Source: the human T2T-CHM13v2.0 reference genome, Homo sapiens. Taken from it: a stretch of 64,000 nucleotides of DNA. The translations under genes and the position numbers were made by a program. Shown here in pieces: positions 41,885-59,600 of this stretch; the stretch's first letter is position 1; each line of letters begins with the position of its first letter. The notes under the pieces are model-generated. The model was not told the origin of the DNA, did no database searches, and saw nothing but the letters and a program-made list of their open reading frames with translations. The stretch is taken from assembly GCF_009914755.1 (NCBI RefSeq), contig NC_060943.1, one strand, 5' to 3'.

Positions 41885-43975
41885 ACAGAGTAGGTCATAG
41901 GTCACAATTCCCACTGTGAGCAGGAACCAGGCAGGAGAAGTGAGTCTCAACAATGTCCCTTCTGGGCAGCACCAAGGCAGGATAATAAAGCCATGTCACC
42001 TAGGTGCTGGGTCCAACAATAAGTCACAATCCTGTATGTGGGCTGGGCCCAGGCTAGAAAGTTCAATCACTCAGGTGCTGGCCAGAGGCATATATCACAT
42101 TTACACTTGTAGGAAGGTCATATAATGATGTTTACAATCCAGTGCATGTCCTGTTTCTGAGTACGTGAGTTAATGCCTTATGTAAGTTGGGTCTTAGTAC
42201 ATGAGTTCATCTCAACTATAAACTGGATCTGTGCATAAGAGGCACAATCCTTCCTGTGTGCTGTTTTATCTGAGTCAGTTACAACCTCACAGATGTGCTG
42301 AATATTGGTCTTAGAGTCATTAACCTACCTGTGGATCAGATTCACATATGAGACTCAATTTTCCAACGTTTGACTGCTTTTGGTGGTGAAATCCAGAGCC
42401 TTAACAATGGGCTGTGTTGCTGTGGGAAGATGACTATTGGAGGAACCAGCCCCCACTATTTTAACGTAGGTTTTTCTATTTTCCCTAAGCGTCAGCCTGT
42501 CTGAGAAATAAAGAGAAAGAGTACAAAGAGATAAATTTTACAGCTTGGCCTCCAGGGGTAACATCACATATAGGTAGGTTCATGATGTTCCCTGAGATGC
42601 AAAACCAGCAAGTTTTTACTAGGGATTTTAAAAGGGGAGGGGGTGCATGAACAGGGATTAGGTCACAAAGATCACATGCTTCAAAGGGCAACAAAGATCA
42701 CAAGGCAAAGGCAAAATTAGAATTACTGATGAGGGTCTATGTCCCGCTGTGTACATATTGTCTTGATAAACATCTTAACAGGAAACAGGGTTTGAGAGCA
42801 GAGAGCCTGTCTGACCAAAATTTACCAGCTGGAATTTCTCAATCCTACTAAGCCTGAGGGTACTGCAGGAGACCGGGGCATATTTCAGTCCTTATCTCAA
42901 CCGCATAAGACAGACACCCCCAGAGTGGCCACTTATAGACCTCCCCCCAGGAATGCAATTCTTTTCCTAGGGCCTTAATATTCAATATTCCTTGCTAGGA
43001 GAAGAATTTACTGATATTTCTTCTACTCTCACGTCCATTTATAGGCTCTTTGCAAGAAGAAAAATATGGCTCTATTCTGCCCAACCCTGCAGGCACTTAG
43101 ACCTTATGGTTATCTTCTCTTGTTCCCTGAAAATCACTGTTATTCTGTTCTTTTTTAAGGTGCTCTGATTTCATATTGTTCAAACACATATGTTTTACAA
43201 TCAATTTGGACAATAGTGATCCTGAGGTGACATAAATTCCCAGCTTACAAAGATAACAGGATAAAGAGATTAAAGTAAAGACAGACATAAGAAATTATGA
43301 GAGTATTATTAGAGAAGTGATAAATGTCCATGAAATCTTCACAATTTATGTTCAGAGATTGCAGTAAAGACAGACATAAGAAATAATAAAACTATGAATT
43401 TTAGGAACTGATAAAAGTCTATGAAATATTCACAATTTATGTTCTTCTGCCGTGGCTCCAGCCAGTCCCTCTGTTTGGGGTCCCTGACTTCCTGCAACAG
43501 ATGACAATTTTTTCTGTTGACTGAGTGAGTGTCAAAATCTCACTTATGTATCACCCTAGGGCTTTATACCTTATGCATGAGATTCTCAATCTGCTCTGAG
43601 ACATTTGTGCTGATGTGAATCATGATCATTCCTGTGCTCTTTAGCCCAAGTATGAGGTTCAATGTCTCTCCAATTAGCTGAGTCCAGAATGAAGAATCTT
43701 CACCTTCCTATGAGTTGACCTTAAAATGAGTCACCATCCCAACTGTGTTTACATGTTTACATATGATAGCCACAATCTCAAATGTAGACTACATCAACCA
43801 GTAAGATTCAGGACCTCAATAATGGGCTTCATTCAATTGAGAAAATAACAAGAAACACAACCTCACCTGTGCCTTGGGCTCTGTGTTGACACTCCCTGTA
43901 ACATCCAATGGCTTTCTATTAAATGTGAGACAGAGGTAATTCTCTATGACCTTCATACAAAAATGAGGCCTAGGA
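41885..43975 (+). repeat. Beta satellite cassette, close paralog of 36922-37930, interrupted by MER11
   Basis: GTCATAGGT.ACAAT...GAGGCATATATCACATTTACAC...AATCCAGAGCCTTAACAATGGGCTGTG shared with 36.9-37.9 kb. Confidence 0.88.
42435..43499 (-). mobile_element. MER11 (HERV-K11/HML-8) solo LTR
   Basis: Minus strand TGTTGCAGGAAGTCAGGGACCCCAAACAGAGGGACTGGCTGGAGCCACGGCAGAAGAACATAAATTGTGAA...; 6-bp TSD GATGAC. Confidence 0.9.
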
Positions 43976-48655
<4,680 letters not shown>

Positions 48656-48941
48656 GAAAAGAAAGGTTTAACTCTGTAAGATGAATTCACACATCACTAG
48701 GAAGTTTCACAAAGAGCTTCTTTCTAGTTTTTATCTGGGGATATTCAGTTTTTCATTGTAGGCTTCCATTGCCCCAAATGTTTCTTCACTGCTTCTACCA
48801 AAAGAGAACTTCCAAACTGCTACATGTTTAACTCTGTGAGATGAATCCATTGAACCAAAGCACTTTCACAGATAGCTTCTTTCTAGTTTTCATCTGGGAA
48901 TATTTTGTTTCTTGCCATATGACTTAATGGGCTTCCAAATA

Positions 48942-49184
48942 TGTAGGTGGACCCCCTGAAACTGTTGCTATGGAATAAAAGAAGAAATGCTCCTGATTAT
49001 TGTAAATACAAAATTGCATGCAGGATTGTGTAAAGACAATGCCATGTTGGGCTGCCAAAACGAGCCAACAGCCTGTGATGTTCTTCCACCTGCAGGGAGC
49101 CTATAAACAGATATGCAGTCAGGGAGACTTCAAAAAATCAGTATTCCTGTCCCAGAGAAGCAGATGTTCATAACTTTTGGAATG
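48942..49184 (+). mobile_element. Truncated ERV-K LTR 5' fragment (LTR14C-like) in alpha satellite
   Basis: Non-alphoid TGTAGGTGGACCCCCTGAAACTGTTGCTATGGAATAAAAG...GAGCCTATAAAC; family assigned from memory. Confidence 0.55.
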
Positions 49185-52100
49185 CACATATCACAAATTG
49201 GTGTCTCAGAATGCTTCTTTTTAGTTTTTTTCTGAAGATATGTCCTTTTTCACCATAGGCCACAATGCATTCTGAAATATCCCTTCACAGATTCTATAAA
49301 AAGAGTGTTGTAAAACTGCTCAGTCAAAAGAAAGGTTTAACTCTTTGAGATGAATGCACATATCACAAAGCAGTTTCCCCAAGAGCTTCTTACTAGTTTT
49401 CATTAGAAGATATTTTCTTTTTCACCGTAGGCCTCAAAATGCTCCCAAATATACCTTCACAGATTTTAGAAAACCACAATTTCCAAGCTCCTCAATCAAA
49501 AGAAATGAATAACTCTGTGAAATAAAAGGAAACATCACAAAGCTCTTTCTTAGGAACCTTTCTAGTTTTTATGTGGAGATATTTCCTTTTTCACCGTAGT
49601 CCTCATTGAGATCTCAAATATCCCTTTGCAAATTAAACAAAAATAGTATTTTGAAACTGCTCAATCAAAAGAAAGGTGTAACTCTGTGAGAAGAATGTAC
49701 TCATCACAAAGCAGTTCCTCAGAAAGCATCTTTCTGGTTTTTATCTGAGGATATTTCCTTTTTCACCATCAGCCTCATTACATTCCCTAGTATCCTTTCA
49801 CAGATTCTACCAAAACAGTTTCCAAACTGCTAAATCAAAAGAAAGCGTTATTTCTGTGAGATGAATGCACACATCACAAAGTAGTTTCTCAGAAAATGTC
49901 TTTCTAGTTTTTATGTGAATATATTTTCTTTTTCACTGTAGGTCTCAATGCGCTCCCAAATATCCCATCCCAGATTCTGAAAAAACAGTGTTTCCAAACA
50001 GCTCAATCAAAAGAAAGCTTTAACTCTGTGAGATGAATGCACAAACCACAAAGCTGTTTCTCAGATATCTTTCTAGGTCTATCTGAAGACATTTAATTAT
50101 TCACCATAGGCCTGAATATATTCTTAAATATCTCTCCACAGATTCTACAAAAACACTGTTTCCAAACTTCTGAATCAAAAGAAAGTTTTAACTGTGTGAG
50201 ATGAATGTGCACATCACAAAGCACCTTCTCAGAAACTTCTTTTTAGTTTTTTGTGAAGATATTTCCTTTTTCACCATAGGCCTCGATGTGCTCCCAAATA
50301 TCCCTTTGCAGATTCAACAAAAACAGTGTTTCCAAGATGCTCAATCAAAAAAATAATTTATCTTTGTGGGATGAATGCACACATCACAAAGCAGTTTCTC
50401 CAAAAGCTTCTTTCTGGTTTTCATTCGAAGATATTTCATTTTTCACCATAGGCCTCAATGCACTCCAAAACATCCCTTTAGGGATTATATAAAATCGGTG
50501 TTTCCAAACTGGTCAATCAAAAGAAACTTTAACTCTGTGAGATGAATGCACACAACTCAAAGCAGCTTCTGAGAAAGCTTCTTTCTCGTTTTTATTTGAA
50601 GATATTTCATTTTTCACCACAGGCCTCAATGTGTTCCCATATAACCCTTGACAGATTCTATAAAAACAGTGTTTCCAAACTTCTCAATCAAAAGAAAGGT
50701 TTAACTCTGTGAGATGAATGCATGCATCATGAAGCAGTTTCTCAGAAAGCTTCTTTCTAGTTTTTATGTTAATATACCTCCTTTTTCACCATAGGCCTCC
50801 ATGTGCTCCCAAATATCCCTTTGCAGATACAACAAAAATTGTGTTTCCAAACTGCTCAATCAAAAGAAAGCTTTAAGTCTGTGAGATGAATGCACTTATC
50901 ACAAAGCTGTTAATCAGAAAGCTTCTTTCTAGTTTTTTTGTGAAGATATCCTTTTTCACCATAGGCCTCAATTCGCTCTGAAGAATCCCTTAGCAGATTT
51001 GCAAAAACAGTTTTTCCGAACTGCTCAACTGAAAGAAAGACTCAACTCTGTGAGATGAATACACACATGGCAAATCAGTTTCTCAGAAAGCTTCTTTCTA
51101 CTTTTTATCTGAAGATATTTCTTTTTCACCATAGTCCCCATAGCACTCTTAAATATCTTTTTGCAGATTCCACAAAAAATGTTTTTCTCTAAAATGTTCA
51201 ACCAAAAGAAAGCTTAAACTCTATGAGACAAATGCAGACATCACAAAACAGTTTCTCATAAAGCTTCTTTCTAGTTTTTATCTGAAGGCATTTCCTCTTT
51301 CACCATAGGCCTCAAAACTGTCCTAAATATTCCTTCCCATTTTCTACAAAAACAGTGTTTCCAAACTGCTCAAGCAAAAGAAAGCTTTAGCTCTGTGAGA
51401 GGAATGCACACATCACAAAGAAGTTTCTCAGAAAGCTTCTTTCTAGTTTTTACCAGAGGATATTTCCTTTTTCACCATAGGCCTCAATTTGCTCCCAGAT
51501 ATCTATTCACAGATTCTACAAAAACGGTATTTCCCAGCTGCTCAATCTAAAGAAAGGATTAACTCCGTGATATGAATGCACGTATAAGAAGCAGTTTCTC
51601 AGAAAGCTTCTTTCTAGTTTTTATCTGAAGATTGTTCTTTTACAACATAGGCCTCATTGAGCTCCAAACTGTACCCTGACAGACTCTACAGAAACAGTGT
51701 TTCCAAACTGCTAAATCAAAAGAAAGTTTTAACTCTGTGAGAAAAATGAATACATCAAAAAGCAGATTCTCAGAAAGCTGCCTTCAAGTTTTTATCTGAG
51801 GATATTTCCTTTTTAACCATAGGCTTCAATTCACTCCCAAATATCCCTTAGCAGATTCTGCAAAAAAAGTGTTTCCAAACTCCTCAATCAAAAGAAAGAT
51901 TTACCTCTATGAGAGGAATGCACACATCACAAAGCAGTGTCTCCAAATGCTTCTTTCTGGTTTTTATCTGAAGATATTTCCTTTTTCGCCATAGCCCAAA
52001 GTGCTTCTAAATATCCTTTCGCAGGTTGTACAAAAACAGTGTTTCCAAACTGCTCCATCAAAAGAAAGCTTAAACTCTGAGACGAATGCAGACATCACAA

Positions 52101-52913
52101 ACCAGGTTCTCAGAAAGCTTCTTTCTAGTTTTTATGTGAAGTTATTTCCTTTTTCACTCTAGGCATCAATGCTCTCCCATATATCCCTTGACAGAGTCTA
52201 CAAAAAAAGTGTTTCCAAGCTGCTCAATCAAAAGAAATTTTTAACTCTGTGAGAGGAATGAACACATCATAAAGCAGTTTCTCAGAAAGTTGCTTTCAAG
52301 TTTTTATCAGAGGATATTTCCTTTTTCACCACAGCACCAATATGCTCCCAAATATCCCTTCACAGATTCTACAAAAACAGTTTTCCAAGCTGCTCTATTG
52401 AAAGAAAGGTTTAACTCTGTGAGATGAATGCGCACATCACAAAGCAGTTTCTGGGAAAGCTTCATAATAGGTTTCATCTGAAGATATTTACTTTTTCACC
52501 ATGGGCCTCAACTCCCAAATATCACTTCACAGATTGTACAAAAACAGTGTTTCCAAACTGCTCAATCAAAAGAAAGGTTTAACTCTGTGAGATGAATGCC
52601 CACATCACAAAGCAGTTTCTCAGAATGCTTCTTTTTAGTTTTCATCTGAAGATATTTCCTTTTTCACATAGGCCTCAATGTGTTCCTAAATATCCCTTCA
52701 CAGATTCCACAAAATCAGTGTTTCCAAACTGATCAATCAAAAGAAATGGTTAACTCTGTGTGATGAATGCACACATCACAAATCAGTGTCTCAAAAAGCC
52801 TTTCTGTGGTTTTTATCTGAAGATATATCCTTTTCCACCATAAGCCTCAAAGTGTTCCCAAATATCCTTTAGCAGATTCTAACAAAACAGTGTTTCCAAA
52901 TGCTAATTCAAAA

Positions 52914-53659
52914 GAGAAATGCAAATCAAAATCACAATGAGATACCATCTCACACCAGTTAGAATGGCAATCATTAAAAAGTCAGGAAACAACAGGTGCT
53001 GGAGAGGATGTGGAGAAATAGGAACACTTTTACACTGTTGGTGGGACTGTAAACTAGTTCAACCATTGTAGAAGTCAGTGTGGCGATTCCTCAGGGATCT
53101 AGAAAGAGAAATACGATTTGACCCAGCCACCCCATTACTGGATATATACCCAAAGCATTATAAATCATGCTGCTATAAAGACACATGCACACGTATGTTT
53201 ATTGCGGCACTATTCACAATAGCAAAGACTTGGAACCAACCCAAATGTCCAACTATGGTAGACTGGATTAAGAAAATGTGGCATATGTACGCCATGGAAT
53301 ACTATGCAGCCGTCAAAAATGATGAGTTCATGTCCTTTGTAGGGACATGGATGAAGCTGAAAGCCATCATTCTCAGCAAACTATCGCAAGGACAAAAAAC
53401 CAAACACCGCATGTTCTCACTCATAGGTGGGAATTCAACAATGAGAACACATAGACAAAGGAATGGGAACATCACATACTGGGGCCTGTTGTGGGGTGGG
53501 GGAGGGGGGAGGGATAGCATTAGGAGATATACCTAATGCTATATGATGAGTTAATGGGTGCAGCACAGCAACATGGCACATGTATACATATGTAACAAAC
53601 CTGCATGTTGTGCACATGTACCCTAAAACTTAAAATATAATAACAAAATTTAAAAAAAA
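52914..53659 (+). mobile_element. 5'-truncated L1PA (PA3/PA4-like) inserted in alpha satellite
   Basis: ORF2 end plus 3' UTR and poly(A); approximate TSD AAAAGAGAA(A)TG. Confidence 0.95.
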
Positions 53660-56600
53660 GAGAATGTTTTAAATCTGTGAGATGAATGCACACATAACAA
53701 AGAAGTTTCTCAGAAAGCTTCTTTCTATTTTTCATCTAGAGATATTTCCTTTTTCACCATAGGCCTCAAAGTGCTCCCAAATATCCCTTTACAGATTCTA
53801 CAAACTCAGTGTTTCCGAACTGCTTAATCAAACGAATGCTTAAACTCTGTGGGATGAATGCAGACATCACAAAGCAGTTTCTCAGACAGCTTCATTATAT
53901 TTCTTATTTGAAGATATTTCCTATTTCACCATATGCTTCAAAGTACTCCCATATGTCCCTTTACAGATTCTACAAAAACAGTGTTTCCAAGATGCTCAAT
54001 TAATAGAAAGGTTTAATTTGGTGAGATGAATGGACACATCACAAAGCTGTTAATCCAAAACTTCTTTCTCGTTTTTATCTGAAGATATTTTTTTTTTCAA
54101 CATAGGCCTCAATATGCTCCCATATATTCCGTGACAGATTATATAAAAACAGTGTTTCCAAACTGCTCAATCAAAAGAATATTTAACTCTGTGAGATGAA
54201 TGCACACATCACAAAGCCGTTTCTCAGAAAACTTCTTTCTAGTTTTTAAATGAAGATACTCCCTTTTTCACCATAAGCCTCAATGGGCTCCCAAATAATC
54301 CTTTGCGGATTCAACAAAAACAGTGTTTCCAAGATGCTCAATAAAAGAAAGATTTATCTCTGTGAGATGAATGCGCATATCACACAGCAGTTAATCAGAA
54401 GGCTTCTTTCTAGTTTTTATGTGAAGATTATTTCCTTTTTCACCAGAGGCCTCATTGCATTCCCAAATATCCCTTCACAGATTCCACAAAAATAGTGTTT
54501 CCAAACTGTTCAATAAAAAGAAAGGTGTCACTCTGTGAGATGAATGCCTACATCACAAAGCAGTTCCTCAGAAAGCATATTTCTGGTTTTTATATGAGGA
54601 TATTTCCTTTCTCACCATAGGCCACAATGAGCTCCCAAATATCCTTTCACAGATTCTTCAAAAACAGTGTTTCAAACGGCTTAATCAAAAGAATGCTTAC
54701 ACACTGTGAGACAAATGCAGACATAAAAAAGCAGTTTCTCAGAAAGTGTCTTTCTAGTTTTTATTTGAAGATATTTCCTTTTTAACCATAGGCCTCAATG
54801 CACTCCCAAATATCCCTTGGCATATTCTACAAAAACAGATTTTCCAAACTGCTCAATCAAAGGAAAGTTTTAACTCTGTGAGATGAATGCACTCATTACA
54901 AAGCAGATAATCAGAAAGCTTCCTTCTAGTTTTAATGCGAAGATATTTCCTTTTTCACTATAGGCCTCATTGTGTTTCAAAAAATCCTGTCACAGATTCT
55001 ACAAATACAGCGTTACCAAACTGCTCAATCAAAAGAAAGGTGTCACTCTATGAGATGAATGCACACATCACAAAGCAGTTCCTCAAAAAGCATCTTTCTG
55101 GTTTTTATCTGAGGATATTTCCTTTTTCACCATCAGCCTCATTACATTCCCTAGTATCCTTTCACAGATTCTACAAAAACAGTGTTTCAAAACTGCTTAA
55201 TCAAAAGAATCCTTACACTCTGTGAGACAAATACAGGCATAACAAAGTAGTTTCTCAGAAAGCGTCTTTCTAGTTTTTATGTGAAGATATTCCATTTTTC
55301 ACCATAGGCCTCAATGCACTCCCAAATATCCCTTTGAATATTCTACAAAAAGAGATTTTCCAAACTGCTCAATCAAAGTAAAGTTTTAACTCTTTGAGAT
55401 GAATGCGCACATCACAAGGCAGATAATCAGAAAGCTTCTTTCTAGTTTTTATGCGAATATATTTCCTTTTTGACTGTAGACCTCATTGCATTCCGAAAAA
55501 TCCCTACACAGATTCTACAAAAACAGTGTTTCCAAACTGCTCAATCAAAAGAAGGGTGCTGCTCTGTGAGATGAATGTACACGTCACAAAGCAGTGCCTT
55601 AGAAGGCATCTTTCTGGTTTTTATCTGAGGATATTTCTTTTAGCATCATAGGCCCCAGTATGCTCCCAATTATCCTTTCACAGTTTCTACAAAAACAGTG
55701 TTTCCAAACTGCTTCATCAAAAGAATGTTTACACTCTGTGAGACGAATGCAGACATCACAAAGCAGTTTCTCAGAAAGCTTCTTTCTAGTTTTTATGTGA
55801 AGATATTTCCTTTCTCACCATAGACATCAAAGTGCTCCCACATATCCCTTCACAGATTGTACAAAAAAAGTGTTTCCAAGATGCTCAATCAACAGAAAGG
55901 ATTAATTCCGTGAGATGAATGGACTCATCATCTCACATCTCACATCTCACATCTCACATCTGATTAACAAAGCTGTTAATCAGAAAGCTTCTTTCTGGTT
56001 TTTATCTGAGAATATTTCCTTTTTAACCATAGGTCTCAAAGGGCTTAAAAATATCCCTTCTTAGATTTTACAAACACACTGTTTCCAAACTTCTCAATCA
56101 AAAGAATAGTTTCACTCTGTGAGATGAATGCACACATCTCAAAGCTGTTTCTCCAAAAGATTCTTTCTGGTTTTTATCTGAAGTTATTTCCTTATTCACC
56201 ATAGGCCTCAATGTGCTCCCAAACATCCTTTCCCAGATCCTACAAAAACAGTGTTTCCAAACTGCTCAATCAAAGGAAAGGTTTAGCTCTGTGAGATGAA
56301 AGCACACATCGCAAACTCATTCTGAGATATCTTTCTGGTTTTTATCTGAGGATATTTCCTTTTTCACTATAGGCCTCAGTAGGTTCCCAAATATCTCTTC
56401 CCAGATTCTACAAAAACAGTGTTTCCAAACTGCTCAATCAAAAGAAATGTTTAACTCTGTGAGATGAATGCATTAATCTCAAAGCAGTTTCTCACAAAGC
56501 TTCTTTCTAGATTTATCTGAATATATTTCCTTTTTCTCTGTAGGCGTCAAAGCACTCCCAAATATCACTTTGCTGAATCTACAAAAACAGTCTTTCCAAA

Positions 56601-59600
56601 CTGCTTCATGAAAAAAAAGGATTAACTCCGTGAGATGCATGCACACATCACAAAGCAGTGTCACAAAAAGCTTATTTCTAGTTTTTATGTGAAGATATTT
56701 CCTTTTCCACCATTGGCCTCAAGGCACTCCCAAATATCCCTTCGCAGATTGTACAAAAACAGTCTTTCCAAGCTGCTATATAAAAAGAAAGGTTTAATTC
56801 TGTGAGATGAATGTACACATCACAAAGCTGTTTCTCAGAGCACATCTTTCTAATATTTATGTGAAGATATGTCCTTTTTCACCATTGGCCTCAATGTGCT
56901 CCCTTATATCCCTTGACAGATTCTATAAAAACAGTGTTTCCAAACTGCCTAATCAAAAGAAAGGTTTAACTCTGTGAGATGAATAAATACATCACAGAGC
57001 ACTTTCTCACAAAACTTCTTTCCAGTATTTATGTAAAGATATTTCCTTTTTCACCGTAGGCCTCAATGCACTCCAAAATATCCCTTCACAGATTCTAGAA
57101 ATACACAGTTTCCAAACTGCTTAATCAAAACAAAAGATTAACTCTGTGAGATGAAAGCACACATCACAAAACTGTTTCTCAGAAATCTTTCTGGTTTTTA
57201 TCTGATGATATTTCCTTTTTCACCATAGACCTCAATGCTTTCCTGATTGTCCCTTTGCAGATCCAACAAAAACAGTGTTTCCAAACTGCTCAATCAGAAG
57301 AAAGTTTTAACTCAGAGAGACGAATGCACACATCACAAAGCAGTTTCTGGGAAAGCTTCTTTCTAGTTTTTATGTGAAGATATTTTCTTTTTCACCATAG
57401 GGCTCAAAGAGCTCCCATATATCCATTGACAGATTATATTAAAACAGTGTTTCCAAACTGCTCAATCAAAAGAAATATTTAACTCTCTGAGATGAATGCA
57501 CACAACACAAATCAGTTTCTCTGAAATATTCTTTCTAGTTTTTATGTGAAGATGTTTCCACTTCCACCATAGGCCTGAATGTGCTCCAAAATATCCTTCA
57601 CAGATTCTAGAAACACAATGTTTCCAAGATGCACCATCAAAGGAAAGGTTTAACTCTGTGAGATGAATGGACTCATCAAAAGCAGTTAGTCAGAAAGCTT
57701 CTTTCAATTTTTTATCTGAGGATATTTTCTTTTTCACCATAGGCCTCATTGCATTCCGAAGTATCCTTTCACAGATTCCACAAAAACAGTGTTTCCAAGC
57801 TTCCCAATAAAAAGGAAGCTTTATCTCTGTGAGACAAATGCACACATCACAAAGCAGTTTCTCAGAAAGTGTCTTTCTGGTTTTTATGTGAAGATATTTC
57901 CTTTTTTCACTCTCAGCCTCAAAGCGCTCCCAAATATCCCTTCACAGATTCTACAGAAACAGTTTATCCAAACTACTCGATCAAAAGAAAAGTTTAACTC
58001 TGTGATTTGAATGCACAAATTACAAAGCAGTGTCTCAGAAAGCTTCTTTCTAGATTTTATCTGAGGATAATTCCTTTTTCACCATAGGCCTCAATGTGCT
58101 CTCATAAATTCCTTGGCAGATTCTACAAAAGCAGTGTTTCCAAAGAGCACCATCAACAGAAAATGTAACTCTGAGATATTAATTTACACATCACAAAGAA
58201 TTTTCTCAGAAAGCTTCTTTCTACTTTTCATTGGAAGATATTGTCTTTTTCACCTTGGTCCTCATTGTGTTTCCAAATATCCATTTGCAGATTCTAGAAA
58301 AACACAGTTTCCAAACTGCTCAATCAAAAGAAAGGATTAACTGTGTGAGATGAAGGCACACAGAAACAAAGCTGTTTCTCAGAAATCTTTCTAGTTTTTA
58401 TGTGAAGATATTTCCTTTTTCACCATAGGCCTCATTGCATTCCCAAATATCCCTTCACAGATTCTACAAAAATAGTGTTTCCAAACTGCTCAATCACAAG
58501 AAATGTGTATCTCTGTGAGATGAATGCACACATCACAACCAGTTTATCAGAAAGATTCTTTCTAGTTTTTATCTGAGAATATTTCCTTTTTCACCATTGG
58601 CCTCAAAGGGCTCCCAAATATCCCTTATCAAATTCTACAAAAACAGTGTTTCCAAACTGCTCAATCAAAAGAATATTTTAACTCTGTGAGATGAATCCAC
58701 ACATCACAAACCAGTTTCTCCAAAAGAATCTTTCTGTTTTTTATCTGAATGTATTTCCTTTTCAACCATAGGCCTCAATGTGCTCAAAAATGTCCTTTCC
58801 CAGATCCTACAAAAACAGTGTTTCAAAACTGCTCAATCAAAGGAATGGTTTAACTTTGTGAGATGAATGCACACATCACAAAGCTGTTTCTCAGAAATCT
58901 TTCTGGTTATATCTAAGAACATTTCCTTTTTCACTATAGGCCTCAATCCATTCCCAAATATCCCTTCGCAGATTCTACACAGTGTTTCCATACTGCTCAA
59001 TCAGCACATAGGTTTTACTATGTGAGATCAATGCATCCGTCACAAAGCAGTTTCTCAGAAAGCTTCTTTCTAGATTTATCTGAAGATGTTTCCTTTTTCT
59101 AAGTAGGCCTCAAAGCACTCCCAAATATCCTTCACAGATTCTACAAAAACAGTCTTTCCAAACTGCTCAATCAAAAGGAAGGATTAACTCTGCAAGATGA
59201 ATGCACACATCAGAAAGCAGTTTCTCAGAAAGCTTCTTTCTAATTTTTATGTGAAAATACCTCCTTTTTCAACATAGGCCTTGAGGAACTCCCAAATATC
59301 CCTTTGCAGATTGCACAAAAAACAGTGTTTCCAAAATGCTAAATAAAAAGAAAGGTTTAACTCTGTGAGATGAAAGTACACGTCACAAATCTGTTTCTCA
59401 GAACACTTCTTTGTAGTATTTATCTGAAGATATTTCCTTTTTCACCATAGGCCTCAATGTGCTCCCAAATATCCCTTTGCATATTCTAGAAAAACAGAGT
59501 TTCCAAACTACTTAATCAAAGGAAAAGATTAACTCTGTGACGTGAAAGCACACACCATGAAGCTGTTTCTTAGAAATCTTTCTAGTTTTTATTGACGATA

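Noticed and set aside
27900-43975. Regularly spaced GATATGTCACAAT / GAGTCACATCACCT motifs resembling a CRISPR-like repeat-spacer array
   Set aside because: The spacers are homologous to each other; this is degenerate 68-bp beta satellite in a primate genome with no cas genes.
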